From positions 59,209-123,208 of the forward strand of contig CAKSCV010000004.1 of NCBI GenBank assembly GCA_934444645.1: DNA of 64,000 bases. Direction: 5' to 3'. Positions 19,392 through 28,087 of this stretch are shown here, piece by piece; within the stretch, counting starts at the first letter, position 1, and every line of letters begins with the position of its first letter. The DNA is from an uncultured Eubacteriales bacterium (GTDB taxonomy: Bacteria; Bacillota; Clostridia; Oscillospirales; CAG-382). Made by a program: the position numbers and the translations under genes. The notes under the pieces are model-generated. The model searched no databases and was not told where the DNA came from. It saw only the letters and a list, made by a program, of their open reading frames with translations.

Positions 19392-20011
19392 TTGGCTTCT
19401 CCTTGTGTGTTTTTATGCGGCTCGGCGAGAAGGGATAAAACGGGAAGTAAAAGACCGCCGACCGAATTTCCGAGAACGATAAGCAAAAGATAACCGCCCG
19501 CCGTGAGCGCATAACGCCCGGCAGCGAAGAAGTAGAACAAATCAGCAATCGAGTGTTCGAATCCGGCAAGAATAAAGACCGGTACGCAGAAAAGAATGCC
19601 GATAAACGTGCTTTTTTCGCGGTAAACCGAAACGGCAAGATACATTAAAATGCCGCAGAACACGGCGCGTATCAGCGCGGAGGGCACACTTTGCGCAAGC
19701 TTTGCTTCGCACAGTGCCGCCGCTTTTTCATACAGCGCATTTTGCGAAAAACGGATGGCGTTTCCGGCGGCAAATGTTCCAATCAGATTCCCGAGAAAAC
19801 AAAAGGTAAGATTCTTAAAATCAATTGCACGATGCGAAAAGGCAAGATAGCCCACTTTTCCGGTATACAGCGAATAGCCTTTGGCGCAAATGCAAATAAG
19901 CGCCACCGAAAAAAGAATCGCACCGATCACACGGTTTTCGCTTGCCAAAAAGACCGCACCGCCGATGCCGATGAGCATTCCGGCGCAAATGCCGTAAAAT
20001 AAGTCTTTCAT
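19388..20011 (-). CDS. formate/nitrite transporter (FNT) family channel, short form
   Basis: ORF 19388-20086, start moved to the ATG whose first base is at 20011 (MKDLFYGICAGMLIGIGG), 4 nt after the purM stop. Has multiple TM segments and the FNT signature AGFEHSIADLFY. Its stop overlaps the purN start (ATGA). Confidence 0.75.
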   Translation of the reverse strand: MKDLFYGICAGMLIGIGGAVFLASENRVIGAILFSVALICICAKGYSLYTGKVGYLAFSHRAIDFKNLTFCFLGNLIGTFAAGNAIRFSQNALYEKAAALCEAKLAQSVPSALIRAVFCGILMYLAVSVYREKSTFIGILFCVPVFILAGFEHSIADLFYFFAAGRYALTAGGYLLLIVLGNSVGGLLLPVLSLLAEPHKNTQGEAK

Positions 20012-20015
20012 CGAT

Positions 20016-21056
20016 TTAACCGCGAATAACGATTTTGTCGTCGGCACGAACGATTTTTCCAAGGATATACGCATCCTCGCCGGCACTTTTCAGTACGTCG
20101 AGTGCCGTGTCCGCCTGTTCTTTCGGAACGACCGCACTCATGCCCACGCCCATGTTGAAGGTGTTGAACATGTCGCGCTCATCAATGTTTCCGGTTTTTG
20201 CAATCAGGTCGAAAATCGGAAGTACCCGAACCGCCGCACGGTCGATTTCGGCACAAAGCCCGTCGGGAATGCTGCGCGGAATATTTTCGTAAAAGCCGCC
20301 GCCGGTGATGTGGGAAATGCCGCGAACCGTCACCTTTTCAAGAAGCGAAAGAATCGGTTTTACATAGATTTTGGTCGGCGTCAGCAGCGTTTCACCGACA
20401 CTTTTGCCGCAAAGCTCTGCGACAGGCGTTTTGATGTCGGCTTTTTCCACGTCGAACACCTTGCGTACAAGCGAAAAACCGTTGGAATGTACGCCGCTGG
20501 ACGGGAGCGCCACAATCACGTCACCCTCACGCATGGTTTTGTTGTCTAAAATCTTCTTTTTATCGACCGCACCGACCGCAAACCCGGCAAGGTCATATTC
20601 TTCGACCGGATAAAAGCCAGGCATTTCAGCCGTTTCGCCGCCGATGAGCGCCGCACCCGACTGCACACAGCCTTCTGCCACGCCCGAAACGATTTCGGCA
20701 ATGCGTTCCGGCACGTTTTTGCCGCAGGCGATATAATCGAGGAAGAAGAGCGGCTTTGCACCGCTGCAAATGATGTCGTTGACGCACATGGCAACACAGT
20801 CGATGCCGACCGTGTCGTGCTTGTCCATCAAAAACGCAAGCTTTAATTTGGTGCCGACGCCGTCTGTGCCGCTGACAAGCACCGGCTTTTCCATGCCGGT
20901 CACGTCAAGCTCAAACAGACCGCCGAAGCCGCCGATGTCTGAGCATACGCCGCTTGTCATGGTGCGTGCGATATGCGCTTTCATAAGCTCGACCGCTTTG
21001 TAGCCGGCAGTGATGTCCACACCGGCGTTTTTATAGCTTTCACTGTAACTTTTCAT
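20016..21056 (-). CDS. purM: phosphoribosylformylglycinamidine cyclo-ligase (AIR synthetase)
   Basis: 346 aa ([19 protein letters not shown] ... [13 protein letters not shown]). Confidence 0.96.
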   Translation of the reverse strand: MKSYSESYKNAGVDITAGYKAVELMKAHIARTMTSGVCSDIGGFGGLFELDVTGMEKPVLVSGTDGVGTKLKLAFLMDKHDTVGIDCVAMCVNDIICSGAKPLFFLDYIACGKNVPERIAEIVSGVAEGCVQSGAALIGGETAEMPGFYPVEEYDLAGFAVGAVDKKKILDNKTMREGDVIVALPSSGVHSNGFSLVRKVFDVEKADIKTPVAELCGKSVGETLLTPTKIYVKPILSLLEKVTVRGISHITGGGFYENIPRSIPDGLCAEIDRAAVRVLPIFDLIAKTGNIDERDMFNTFNMGVGMSAVVPKEQADTALDVLKSAGEDAYILGKIVRADDKIVIRG

Positions 21057-21080
21057 ATTTGTCCTCCAAGTCCTTCGCCT

Positions 21081-22535
21081 TCATTCGCCTTTATCAAGCG
21101 GCAGTTTTTCTTCGAAACGGCTTTTCCCGTTGTCAAGCGGAATTTCGGTCGGATAGTTCCCGTCAAAGCAGGCGGCACAGTGGGAACACTGCTTGTTGTC
21201 GTGCGCCGCAAGCATACCGAGATGGTTGACGTTTAAGTAGCCGAGGCTGTCAACGCCGATGATCTTTGCAATTTCCTCCACCGAATGATGGCAGGCAATG
21301 AGTTTGTCGCGCGAATCGATGTCGGTGCCATAGTAGCAGGGATTTAAAAAGGGCGGTGCTGAAACACGCATATGGATTTCCTTTGCACCTGCGTCGCGAA
21401 GCAGCTTGATGACCGGCGCACTGGTCGTGCCGCGCACGATCGAGTCGTCAATCAAAACCACCCGTTTGCCGTCAACGGCCTCACGCACGACGTTGAGCTT
21501 GATACGAACCTTGTCCTCGCGTGACGATTGTCCGGGCGAAATAAAGGTTCGGGCAATGTACTTGTTTTTGATAAGCCCGATGCCGTAGGGAATGCCGCTC
21601 TGACGGGCATAGCCGATGGCTGCGTCAATGCCTGAATCGGGAACGCCGATGACAATGTCGGCCTGTACCGGATGTTCGAGAGCCAAAAACGCACCGGCAC
21701 GCAGTCTTGCCGTGTGTACCGAGCAGCCGTCGAGCTGGCTGTCGGGGCGGGCAAAATAGATGTATTCGAAAATGCAGATCTTCTTTTCTGCCTTGCCGCA
21801 GTGATCGGTGATCGAGCGAACGCCGTTTTTGTCAAACACGACGATTTCGCCCGGCTCAACATCGCGGATAAACGAAGCGCCGACCGCGTCAAGCGCACAG
21901 CTTTCCGAAGCGACAATGTAGCGGCCGTCCTCGGTCTTGCCGTAGCAGAGCGGCCGGAAGCCGTGCTCATCGCGCACGGCAATTAACTTCGACGGCGACA
22001 TGAGTACGAGCGAATACGCACCCTTTATCCGGTTCATGGCGCGGTTTACGGCTTCTTCTACCGACGAAGAATGAATGCGCTCTTTGGTGATGACATAGGA
22101 GATGACCTCCGTGTCACTGGTCGTGTGGAAGATCGAGCCTTCAAGCTCCAATTCCTCGCGAAGAGCCAAAGAGTTGACCAAATTTCCGTTGTGCGCCAGT
22201 GCCATGCGTCCTTTGATATGATTGACCACAATGGGTTGGGCGTTGACGCGGTCGTTCGAGCCGGTCGTACCGTAACGCACGTGCGCGACCGCCATGTTGC
22301 CGCTTCCGAGACCGGCTAAAACGCGCGGCGTGAAAACATCGTTGACGAGTCCCAAATCCTTGTAGGAGTTGAACAGACCGCGGTCACCGACAACGATCCC
22401 GGCACTCTCTTGACCGCGGTGCTGGAGGGCGAACAGCCCATAGTAGCAGGTTGAGGCAACGTCGCAGGTCTCCGGCGCGAAAACGCCGAAAACGCCGCAT
22501 TCCTCGTGAATTTCGTGATTTTTGGTATATGTCAT
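21081..22535 (-). CDS. purF: amidophosphoribosyltransferase
   Basis: 484 aa (HEECGVFGVF ... Ntn glutaminase ... PRTase motif VVLIDDSIVRGTT, plus C-terminal Cys residues). Confidence 0.96.
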   Translation of the reverse strand: MTYTKNHEIHEECGVFGVFAPETCDVASTCYYGLFALQHRGQESAGIVVGDRGLFNSYKDLGLVNDVFTPRVLAGLGSGNMAVAHVRYGTTGSNDRVNAQPIVVNHIKGRMALAHNGNLVNSLALREELELEGSIFHTTSDTEVISYVITKERIHSSSVEEAVNRAMNRIKGAYSLVLMSPSKLIAVRDEHGFRPLCYGKTEDGRYIVASESCALDAVGASFIRDVEPGEIVVFDKNGVRSITDHCGKAEKKICIFEYIYFARPDSQLDGCSVHTARLRAGAFLALEHPVQADIVIGVPDSGIDAAIGYARQSGIPYGIGLIKNKYIARTFISPGQSSREDKVRIKLNVVREAVDGKRVVLIDDSIVRGTTSAPVIKLLRDAGAKEIHMRVSAPPFLNPCYYGTDIDSRDKLIACHHSVEEIAKIIGVDSLGYLNVNHLGMLAAHDNKQCSHCAACFDGNYPTEIPLDNGKSRFEEKLPLDKGE

Positions 22536-22555
22536 AAAAATATGTCCGTCACTTT

Positions 22556-22593
22556 CGTTTCAGACGCTTTCAGGCGTTATGTTGCCTGAAACG
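22556..22593 (-). other. mutually exclusive hairpins in the purC-purF spacer
   Basis: Plus-strand TTTCAGGC (22568-75) pairs with GCCTGAAA (22584-91), or alternatively CGTTTCAG (22556-63) pairs with CTGAAACG (22586-93). No U-tract follows, so this is not a terminator. Confidence 0.3.
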
Positions 22594-22621
22594 CGAGATG
22601 GAGGGGCTTTCGGAACAAGCT

Positions 22622-23332
22622 TTATTCGCCTAAAAGACGCTTGCGGATCTCGATGTACGCATCCTCCACATGACCGAGGTCACGGCGGAAACGGTCTTTG
22701 TCGAGCTTTTCATGGGTCTTGCTGTCCCAAAAACGGCAGGTGTCGGGCGAGATCTCATCGGCAAGAACGATTTTTCCGTCGGAGGTTCTGCCAAATTCCA
22801 GCTTAAAATCGACAAGCTCAATGCCGAGACCGAGAAAATATTTTTTCAAGACCTCGTTGACCTTGAAGGCGAGTGTCTTGATGGTCTCGATTTCTTCTTT
22901 GGTTGCAAGCTTCAGGGCAAGTGCATGGTACGAATTGATGAGCGGATCGCCGAGATCGTCGTTTTTGTAGGAAAATTCGATGGTCGGCTCGTCAAAGACA
23001 ATGCCTTCCTCAACGCCGTAACGCTTGGCAAAGCTTCCGGCGGAAATGTTGCGGATGATGACCTCAAGTGGTACGATGCTTACTTTTTTAACGACGGTTT
23101 CGCGGTCGCTTAATTCCTTGACAAAGTGCGTCGGAACGCCTTCTTTTTCAAGCATTTGCATCAGATAGTTGGTCACGCGGTTGTTGATGACGCCCTTGCC
23201 GGATATCGTGCCTTTTTTAAGGCCGTTGAATGCGGTTGCGTCGTCCTTGTAATCGACAATGACGAGATTTTCGTCGGTCGTGGCGTAAACTTTCTTGGCT
23301 TTGCCTTCATAAAGCTGTACGGTCTTTTCCAT
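22622..23332 (-). CDS. purC: phosphoribosylaminoimidazole-succinocarboxamide synthase
   Basis: ORF 22622-23464, start moved to the ATG at 23332 (RBS AAGGAGA). The protein begins [18 protein letters not shown]. Confidence 0.95.
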   Translation of the reverse strand: MEKTVQLYEGKAKKVYATTDENLVIVDYKDDATAFNGLKKGTISGKGVINNRVTNYLMQMLEKEGVPTHFVKELSDRETVVKKVSIVPLEVIIRNISAGSFAKRYGVEEGIVFDEPTIEFSYKNDDLGDPLINSYHALALKLATKEEIETIKTLAFKVNEVLKKYFLGLGIELVDFKLEFGRTSDGKIVLADEISPDTCRFWDSKTHEKLDKDRFRRDLGHVEDAYIEIRKRLLGE

Positions 23333-23369
23333 TTGAATTCTCCTTGTCTGTTTTATAGGTGTTGATCTG

Positions 23370-23870
23370 TTATATCCTTGCGTTAAAGCGTTCTTCAATG
23401 GCCTTGTTTTTTTCGATGACCTTGTCATGCCCGGCGCATCTTGCTTGGGCAAGCTTGCTTTCAAGCGTTTCGTCAGTCACGGCTAAAATTTCGATACAAA
23501 GCAAAGCGGCGTTGACGGCACCTCCGATGGCAACTGTTGCAACCGGAATGCCGCTCGGCATCTGAACAGTCGAAAGAAGTGCGTCAACACCGTCGAGAAC
23601 GGTTGATTTTACGGGGATTCCGATTACGGGGAGTGTGGTGTTTGCAGCGATAGCTCCTGCAAGGTGCGCAGCCATGCCGGCGGCGGCGATGATGGCGCCA
23701 AAGCCGTTCGCGCGTGCGGAAAGTGCAAAGGCGCGTGCCTCCTCGGGCGTGCGGTGAGCCGAATATACGTGTACCTCATACGGCACGCCGTAATCCTTTA
23801 AGGTGTCGATCGCCTTTTCGACGATCGGGAGATCACTGTCGCTGCCCATGATGACGGCAACTTTTTTCAT
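23370..23870 (-). CDS. purE: 5-(carboxyamino)imidazole ribonucleotide mutase (class I-type PurE)
   Basis: ORF 23370-23930, start moved to the ATG at 23870 (RBS GAAAGGAA). The protein begins [17 protein letters not shown]. The SAHRTP and [10 protein letters not shown] motifs are the class I signature. Confidence 0.93.
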   Translation of the reverse strand: MKKVAVIMGSDSDLPIVEKAIDTLKDYGVPYEVHVYSAHRTPEEARAFALSARANGFGAIIAAAGMAAHLAGAIAANTTLPVIGIPVKSTVLDGVDALLSTVQMPSGIPVATVAIGGAVNAALLCIEILAVTDETLESKLAQARCAGHDKVIEKNKAIEERFNARI

Positions 23871-23914
23871 GTGTTCACATTCCTTTCTTGTCTGTTCCCG
23901 AGCGGATGAGCCGG

Positions 23915-24025
23915 GAAAACAAAAAGACACACTTACTCTGACGAAGCAAGTGTGCCCAGACGGTCGGCGAGTATGTTCTCTGTTCCCTTGTGGTGATCCA
24001 CATTTCCGTCAGTTGCAGAGAATTT
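23915..24025 (-). promoter_or_regulatory. ZTP (pfl-motif) riboswitch with intrinsic-terminator expression platform
   Basis: The minus-strand RNA reads: P1 UUCUCUG; CAACUGACGGAAAU; P2 GUGG-AUCA-CCAC; AAGGGAA; P1' CAGAGAA; linker CAUACUCGCCGA; CCGUCUGGGCA (aptamer about 23953-24022). CCGUC is complementary to GACGG, giving the pseudoknot. A terminator follows (CACACUU...AAGUGUG plus UCUUUUUGUUUU, 23915-23955) and overlaps the GGGCACAC tail. Confidence 0.8.
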
Positions 24026-24037
24026 CGTTCAAGAACT

Positions 24038-24066
24038 ATTATAGCAGCAAACGGGCAAAATGTCAA
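24038..24066 (-). promoter_or_regulatory. consensus sigma-A promoter of the pur operon
   Basis: Minus strand: TTGACA (24066-24061), exactly 17 nt, then TATAAT (24043-24038). Confidence 0.75.
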
Positions 24067-24119
24067 CCGATAATTTTGCTAAATATTCGTGGTGTCCGTG
24101 TGAACAATTCTGTATGATT

Positions 24120-24857
24120 TTACGGTTTTTCCGGCGATACGTATTCTTCCGGCAGGGGCGCGTCGCTCAAAATCGCATCAAACGCGGAAATATGCCGTAA
24201 ATTCTGCAAACAGCTCACACCGAATTTGCTGCTGTCGCATAACAAAATCCGCTTTTGGGACTGTTCGCACATGGCAAGCCGGATCTCGTTTTCTTCGGCG
24301 GAATTGTCGCAGGCGTAACCGTTTTGCGTGATGCCGCGGCAGGAGAAAAAGCAGAGGTCGGCGTTGTAGCTTCGAATGGTGCGAAGCGCGTCTGTGCCGA
24401 CATAGGAAAACGAGCGGTTAATCATGCTTCCGCCGGTGCAGATGTTTTTGATGCCGGCCCCGCCGAGTGCAAGCGATGTTTTGGCACTGCTTGTAAGGAC
24501 GATCAAATTCTTGAACGCGGCAAGCTGCGGTACAAGCGCAAAGGCGGTCGTGGAGCCGTCTAACATTAACACCATGCCGTCGGACACATAGCCTGCGGCC
24601 TTTTCGGCAATGAGCGCCTTTGCCTTGTCGCGCTCGTCCAAACGGCGCAAGAACGGGATCTTTTCGTCGGCGGCCGCGTGTACTAACTTGTACGACCCGT
24701 GCGTGCGGATGAGATATCCCTTGTCCTCTAACTTGATCAAATCGCGTCGCAGCGTCGAGCGGCTGACAAACAGCTCCTTTGCCAACGTTTCCAAAGACAG
24801 CCCTTCGCCCGTGACGAGCAAACGCAGAATTTTTTCTTCTCTTTCATAAAACGGCAT
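24120..24857 (-). CDS. DeoR family transcriptional regulator
   Basis: 245 aa with an N-terminal HTH (EKILRLLVTGEGLSLETLAKELFVSRSTLRRDLIKLEDKGYLIRTHG) and a C-terminal DeoR sugar-phosphate sensor domain. Confidence 0.92.
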   Translation of the reverse strand: MPFYEREEKILRLLVTGEGLSLETLAKELFVSRSTLRRDLIKLEDKGYLIRTHGSYKLVHAAADEKIPFLRRLDERDKAKALIAEKAAGYVSDGMVLMLDGSTTAFALVPQLAAFKNLIVLTSSAKTSLALGGAGIKNICTGGSMINRSFSYVGTDALRTIRSYNADLCFFSCRGITQNGYACDNSAEENEIRLAMCEQSQKRILLCDSSKFGVSCLQNLRHISAFDAILSDAPLPEEYVSPEKP

Positions 24858-25017
24858 ACAATCACTCCGGTGAAAATCGGCAAGAACTGAACGAAACGTC
24901 CGAAATATCGTTCAATTACTGCGCGATATCTTCAATCATTCGTTCGAATCTTGACTTTTTCGAGGTTTTGTCTTAGTATAACATAAGAAACAAAAATATG
25001 CAAGAGGGAGAAAAAAC

Positions 25018-26319
25018 ATGGTTCTACAGGAGATTCAACACTGCCCGTGCGGCAAAATCCACCGTTCGTCGGTCAAACAGCTTGTTGTCGGCGCAGGCGT
25101 TCTCGAAACACTGCCCGAAATCGTCAAAGATTTTGCCAAACCCTTTGTGATTGCCGATGTGCATACCTTCGCGGCCGCCGGAAAGCGCGTGACGGAACTG
25201 CTTGCGGCCGCCGGAAAGCCATATGCGCTGTATGTCTTTGAAAACGAAGCATTGAAACCGGACGAAAATACCGTCGGCAGTGCCGTGATGCATTTTGACA
25301 ACAGCTGCGACGCGGTCATCGCCGTCGGCTCGGGCGTACTCAACGATACCGGTAAAATTTTGGCCGCCCTTGCCGGAAAGCCGTATGTCATCGTCGGCAC
25401 CGCTCCGTCGATGGACGGCTATGCGTCGGCCTCCTCGTCGGTGGAGCGCGACGGCCTTAAAATCACGCTGCCGTCCAAATGCCCGGATATCGTCATCGGC
25501 GATACGGATATTCTTAAGGACGCACCGATGCGAATGCTGATTTCGGGCCTTGGCGATATGCTTGCCAAATATATCAGTATCTGCGAGTGGCGCTTGTCGC
25601 ATATCATCACCGGCGAATACTATTGCGAAGCCGTTGCACAAATGGTGCGAAGCGCACTGCATACCTGCGTCGAACACGCGGATGGGCTGTTAAGGCGCGA
25701 CGAACGTGCCGTAAAAGCCGTGTTTGAAGGCTTGGTGCTCGGCGGTGCGGCCATGGAATATGCCGGTATGTCGCGTCCGGCGTCAGGCGTGGAGCATTAT
25801 TTTTCGCATATTTGGGATATGCGCGGTCTGGAATTCGGCACGCCGGTCGATCTGCACGGCATCCAATGCGCCATCGGCACGCTGTATGCTGCCGAAATCT
25901 ATGATTTTTTGCGCACCTATACGCCGGATAAACAAAAGGCACTCGACTACGTGAAACACTTCGATTACGAAGCCTATAAAGAAAACCTGCGCTCGTTTCT
26001 CGGCAAAGGCGCACAAGCGATGATTGCCTTGGAACAAAAAGAGCAGAAATACAACGTGCAAAAACACGCCGAACGCTTGGAAATCATTCTGAACCGTTGG
26101 CCGGAAATTCAGACAGTCATAAACGAAGAAGTGCCGCACGCCGAAGACATCCGCGCACTGCTTCGCAAAATCGGCGCACCCGAGAGGGCAGACGACATCG
26201 GTCTTGACGAACGCGACCTGCCGCGCGTATTTCATGCGACCAAGGACATCCGCGATAAATACGTGCTGTCGCGGCTGTGCTTTGATTTGGGAATCATCGA
26301 TGAGATAAACTTTGAATAA
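25018..26319 (+). CDS. iron-containing alcohol dehydrogenase superfamily protein, sn-glycerol-1-phosphate dehydrogenase (AraM/EgsA)-like
   Basis: 433 aa with GSGVLNDTGK (nucleotide-binding loop), GTAPSMDGYASASSS, and metal ligands in the context GLGDMLAKY ... HYFSHIWD ... HG. The subfamily call is made from memory of AraM-like sequences. Confidence 0.65.
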   Translation: MVLQEIQHCPCGKIHRSSVKQLVVGAGVLETLPEIVKDFAKPFVIADVHTFAAAGKRVTELLAAAGKPYALYVFENEALKPDENTVGSAVMHFDNSCDAVIAVGSGVLNDTGKILAALAGKPYVIVGTAPSMDGYASASSSVERDGLKITLPSKCPDIVIGDTDILKDAPMRMLISGLGDMLAKYISICEWRLSHIITGEYYCEAVAQMVRSALHTCVEHADGLLRRDERAVKAVFEGLVLGGAAMEYAGMSRPASGVEHYFSHIWDMRGLEFGTPVDLHGIQCAIGTLYAAEIYDFLRTYTPDKQKALDYVKHFDYEAYKENLRSFLGKGAQAMIALEQKEQKYNVQKHAERLEIILNRWPEIQTVINEEVPHAEDIRALLRKIGAPERADDIGLDERDLPRVFHATKDIRDKYVLSRLCFDLGIIDEINFE

Positions 26320-26349
26320 ACCGGACCGTTGTCCCGAAAGGAATCGAAT

Positions 26350-27159
26350 ATGAAACTTTCCATCAATGCAGAACATTTCTGCGACCGTGCCGACGGCAGC
26401 AAACGTCCGTTGGAGACCGCCTTGAAGCTGTGCGCCGATGCCGGATTCTCAAACGTGGACTTGCTTGTGCCGGAAAACGAGGCCGAACAGACGGCAGAAA
26501 AATTGGAAACATACGCGTTAAAGGTCAATCAATCGCATTGCCCGTTCAACCGCTATGCGAAGAAGGACTATGCGCTTTTTGCAGAGGATATTTTAAGCGC
26601 GGTGCGGAGTGCCCACCGTTTGGGTTCGAAAATCCTTGTCGTTCACGGCGATGAGTTCGATTTTTCCGCCGAGGCATATTCCGAGAAAGCTGTTTTGGAA
26701 TTCAATTACCGCCTGTTTTCGCCGGCCGCCGAGTTGCTTGACCGGTTCGGCATGAAGCTTGCGTTTGAGAACGTGTTTCCGGATATGAACGTGCCGCGGT
26801 ATTGCTCGACGCCGGAGGAGCTGCTGACGCTTGTCGGAAAATTCCCGAAAGAAACCGTCGGCATTTGTCTTGATACCGGGCACGCCAAGGTGGCGGATGA
26901 CAAGCATTATCTCGAAAATATCCGCTCGTATGCCGATCGCGTCATCGCAACGCATATGCACGATAACTATTACGGCAAAGACCTGCATCTGTTCCCGTTT
27001 TTGGGCGAACTGGATTTGGCCGCCTGCGTAAACATCTTAAAAGACGCCGGATATGCCGGGGAGTTTACCTATGAATTCGTGTACGACCGCATTCCCGATG
27101 AATTCTTGCCGGAGGTGCTGCACCTTTTGTACCGCATGGGAAAATTCTTGACTGTATAA
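26350..27159 (+). CDS. sugar phosphate isomerase/epimerase (xylose isomerase-like TIM barrel)
   Basis: ORF 26329-27159, start at ATG 26350 (RBS AAAGGAA). Motifs seen: LAFENV, CLDTGHA, HMHDN. Confidence 0.85.
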   Translation: MKLSINAEHFCDRADGSKRPLETALKLCADAGFSNVDLLVPENEAEQTAEKLETYALKVNQSHCPFNRYAKKDYALFAEDILSAVRSAHRLGSKILVVHGDEFDFSAEAYSEKAVLEFNYRLFSPAAELLDRFGMKLAFENVFPDMNVPRYCSTPEELLTLVGKFPKETVGICLDTGHAKVADDKHYLENIRSYADRVIATHMHDNYYGKDLHLFPFLGELDLAACVNILKDAGYAGEFTYEFVYDRIPDEFLPEVLHLLYRMGKFLTV

Positions 27160-27218
27160 CAAAACGAGCAAAATTGCCCGGAAAAAGAAAAAAATCCTGC
27201 TATCCGGCAGAAAATGTC

Positions 27219-27247
27219 TTGCAAAACCGCGCAAATCGTGTTATACT
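27219..27247 (+). promoter_or_regulatory. sigma-A type promoter for the second TIM-barrel gene
   Basis: TTGCAA (27219-24), 17 nt, then TATACT (27242-47). Confidence 0.5.
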
Positions 27248-27291
27248 GTTCATATCTTAGCAGATATGCTGAAAACAGGAGGAAATTGAAC

Positions 27292-28023
27292 ATGAAATAC
27301 GGATTACAGCTGTACAGCGTCAGAGACGCTGCCGAAAAGGATTATGAAATGACACTGCGCGAAGTGGCCGCTATGGGTTACGAATACGTTGAACCGGCCG
27401 GCTTCTTCGGTCACAGCGCCGAACAGGTCAAGGAATGGCTTGACAAATACGGCCTTACCATTTCCGGTACGCATTCCGGCTTCGGCGATCTTGAAAATGA
27501 TTTTGCCGGCACGGTGAAGTATCACAAGACCATCGGCAACAAGCGCTATATCGTTCCGGGCGTGGACACCTCAAATAAGGAAGCTCTCGACCATGCCGTC
27601 GAGCTTTTCAACAAGTATCAGCCCATGCTTGCCGCCGAAGGCATCGAGCTCGGATATCATAATCACCACAGAGAATTCATTCTCAACGGCAGCGCACTTT
27701 ATCCGAACCTTTATTTTAGGGAAAAGACCAATATCAAGTTTGAAATTGATACATTCTGGGCGTTTGTCGCTCACCGTGACCCGGTCACCGTTCTCGAAGA
27801 ATTCAAGGACAGACTCATCGGCTGCATCCACTTAAAGGACGGTAACCGCTATCCGACCGTAGCCGGCAAGGCTCTCGGCGAAGGCTCCGCACCGGTTCGC
27901 GACGTGATGGCAAAGGCAAATGACCTTGGTCTGTTGATGGTCGTTGAAAGCGAAGGCTTGAACCCGACCGGTCTTGAAGAAGTTAAACGCTGCGCGGATT
28001 TCCTTAAAAAAGAAACCGTTTAA
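27292..28023 (+). CDS. sugar phosphate isomerase/epimerase (xylose isomerase-like TIM barrel)
   Basis: ORF 27214-28023, start at ATG 27292 (RBS AGGAGGAAA). The protein begins MKYGLQLYSVRD. Motifs seen: GYEYVEPAG, YHNHHREF, IHLKDG. Confidence 0.88.
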   Translation: MKYGLQLYSVRDAAEKDYEMTLREVAAMGYEYVEPAGFFGHSAEQVKEWLDKYGLTISGTHSGFGDLENDFAGTVKYHKTIGNKRYIVPGVDTSNKEALDHAVELFNKYQPMLAAEGIELGYHNHHREFILNGSALYPNLYFREKTNIKFEIDTFWAFVAHRDPVTVLEEFKDRLIGCIHLKDGNRYPTVAGKALGEGSAPVRDVMAKANDLGLLMVVESEGLNPTGLEEVKRCADFLKKETV

Positions 28024-28034
28024 TTAAACAAAAA

Positions 28035-28066
28035 TCAAGAGGCATGAATCGCGTGCCTCTTGTTTT
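28035..28066 (+). terminator. rho-independent terminator
   Basis: CAAGAGGCA pairs with TGCCTCTTG, followed by TTTTATT. Confidence 0.75.
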
Positions 28067-28087
28067 ATTAAAGAAAAGGAATGAAGA

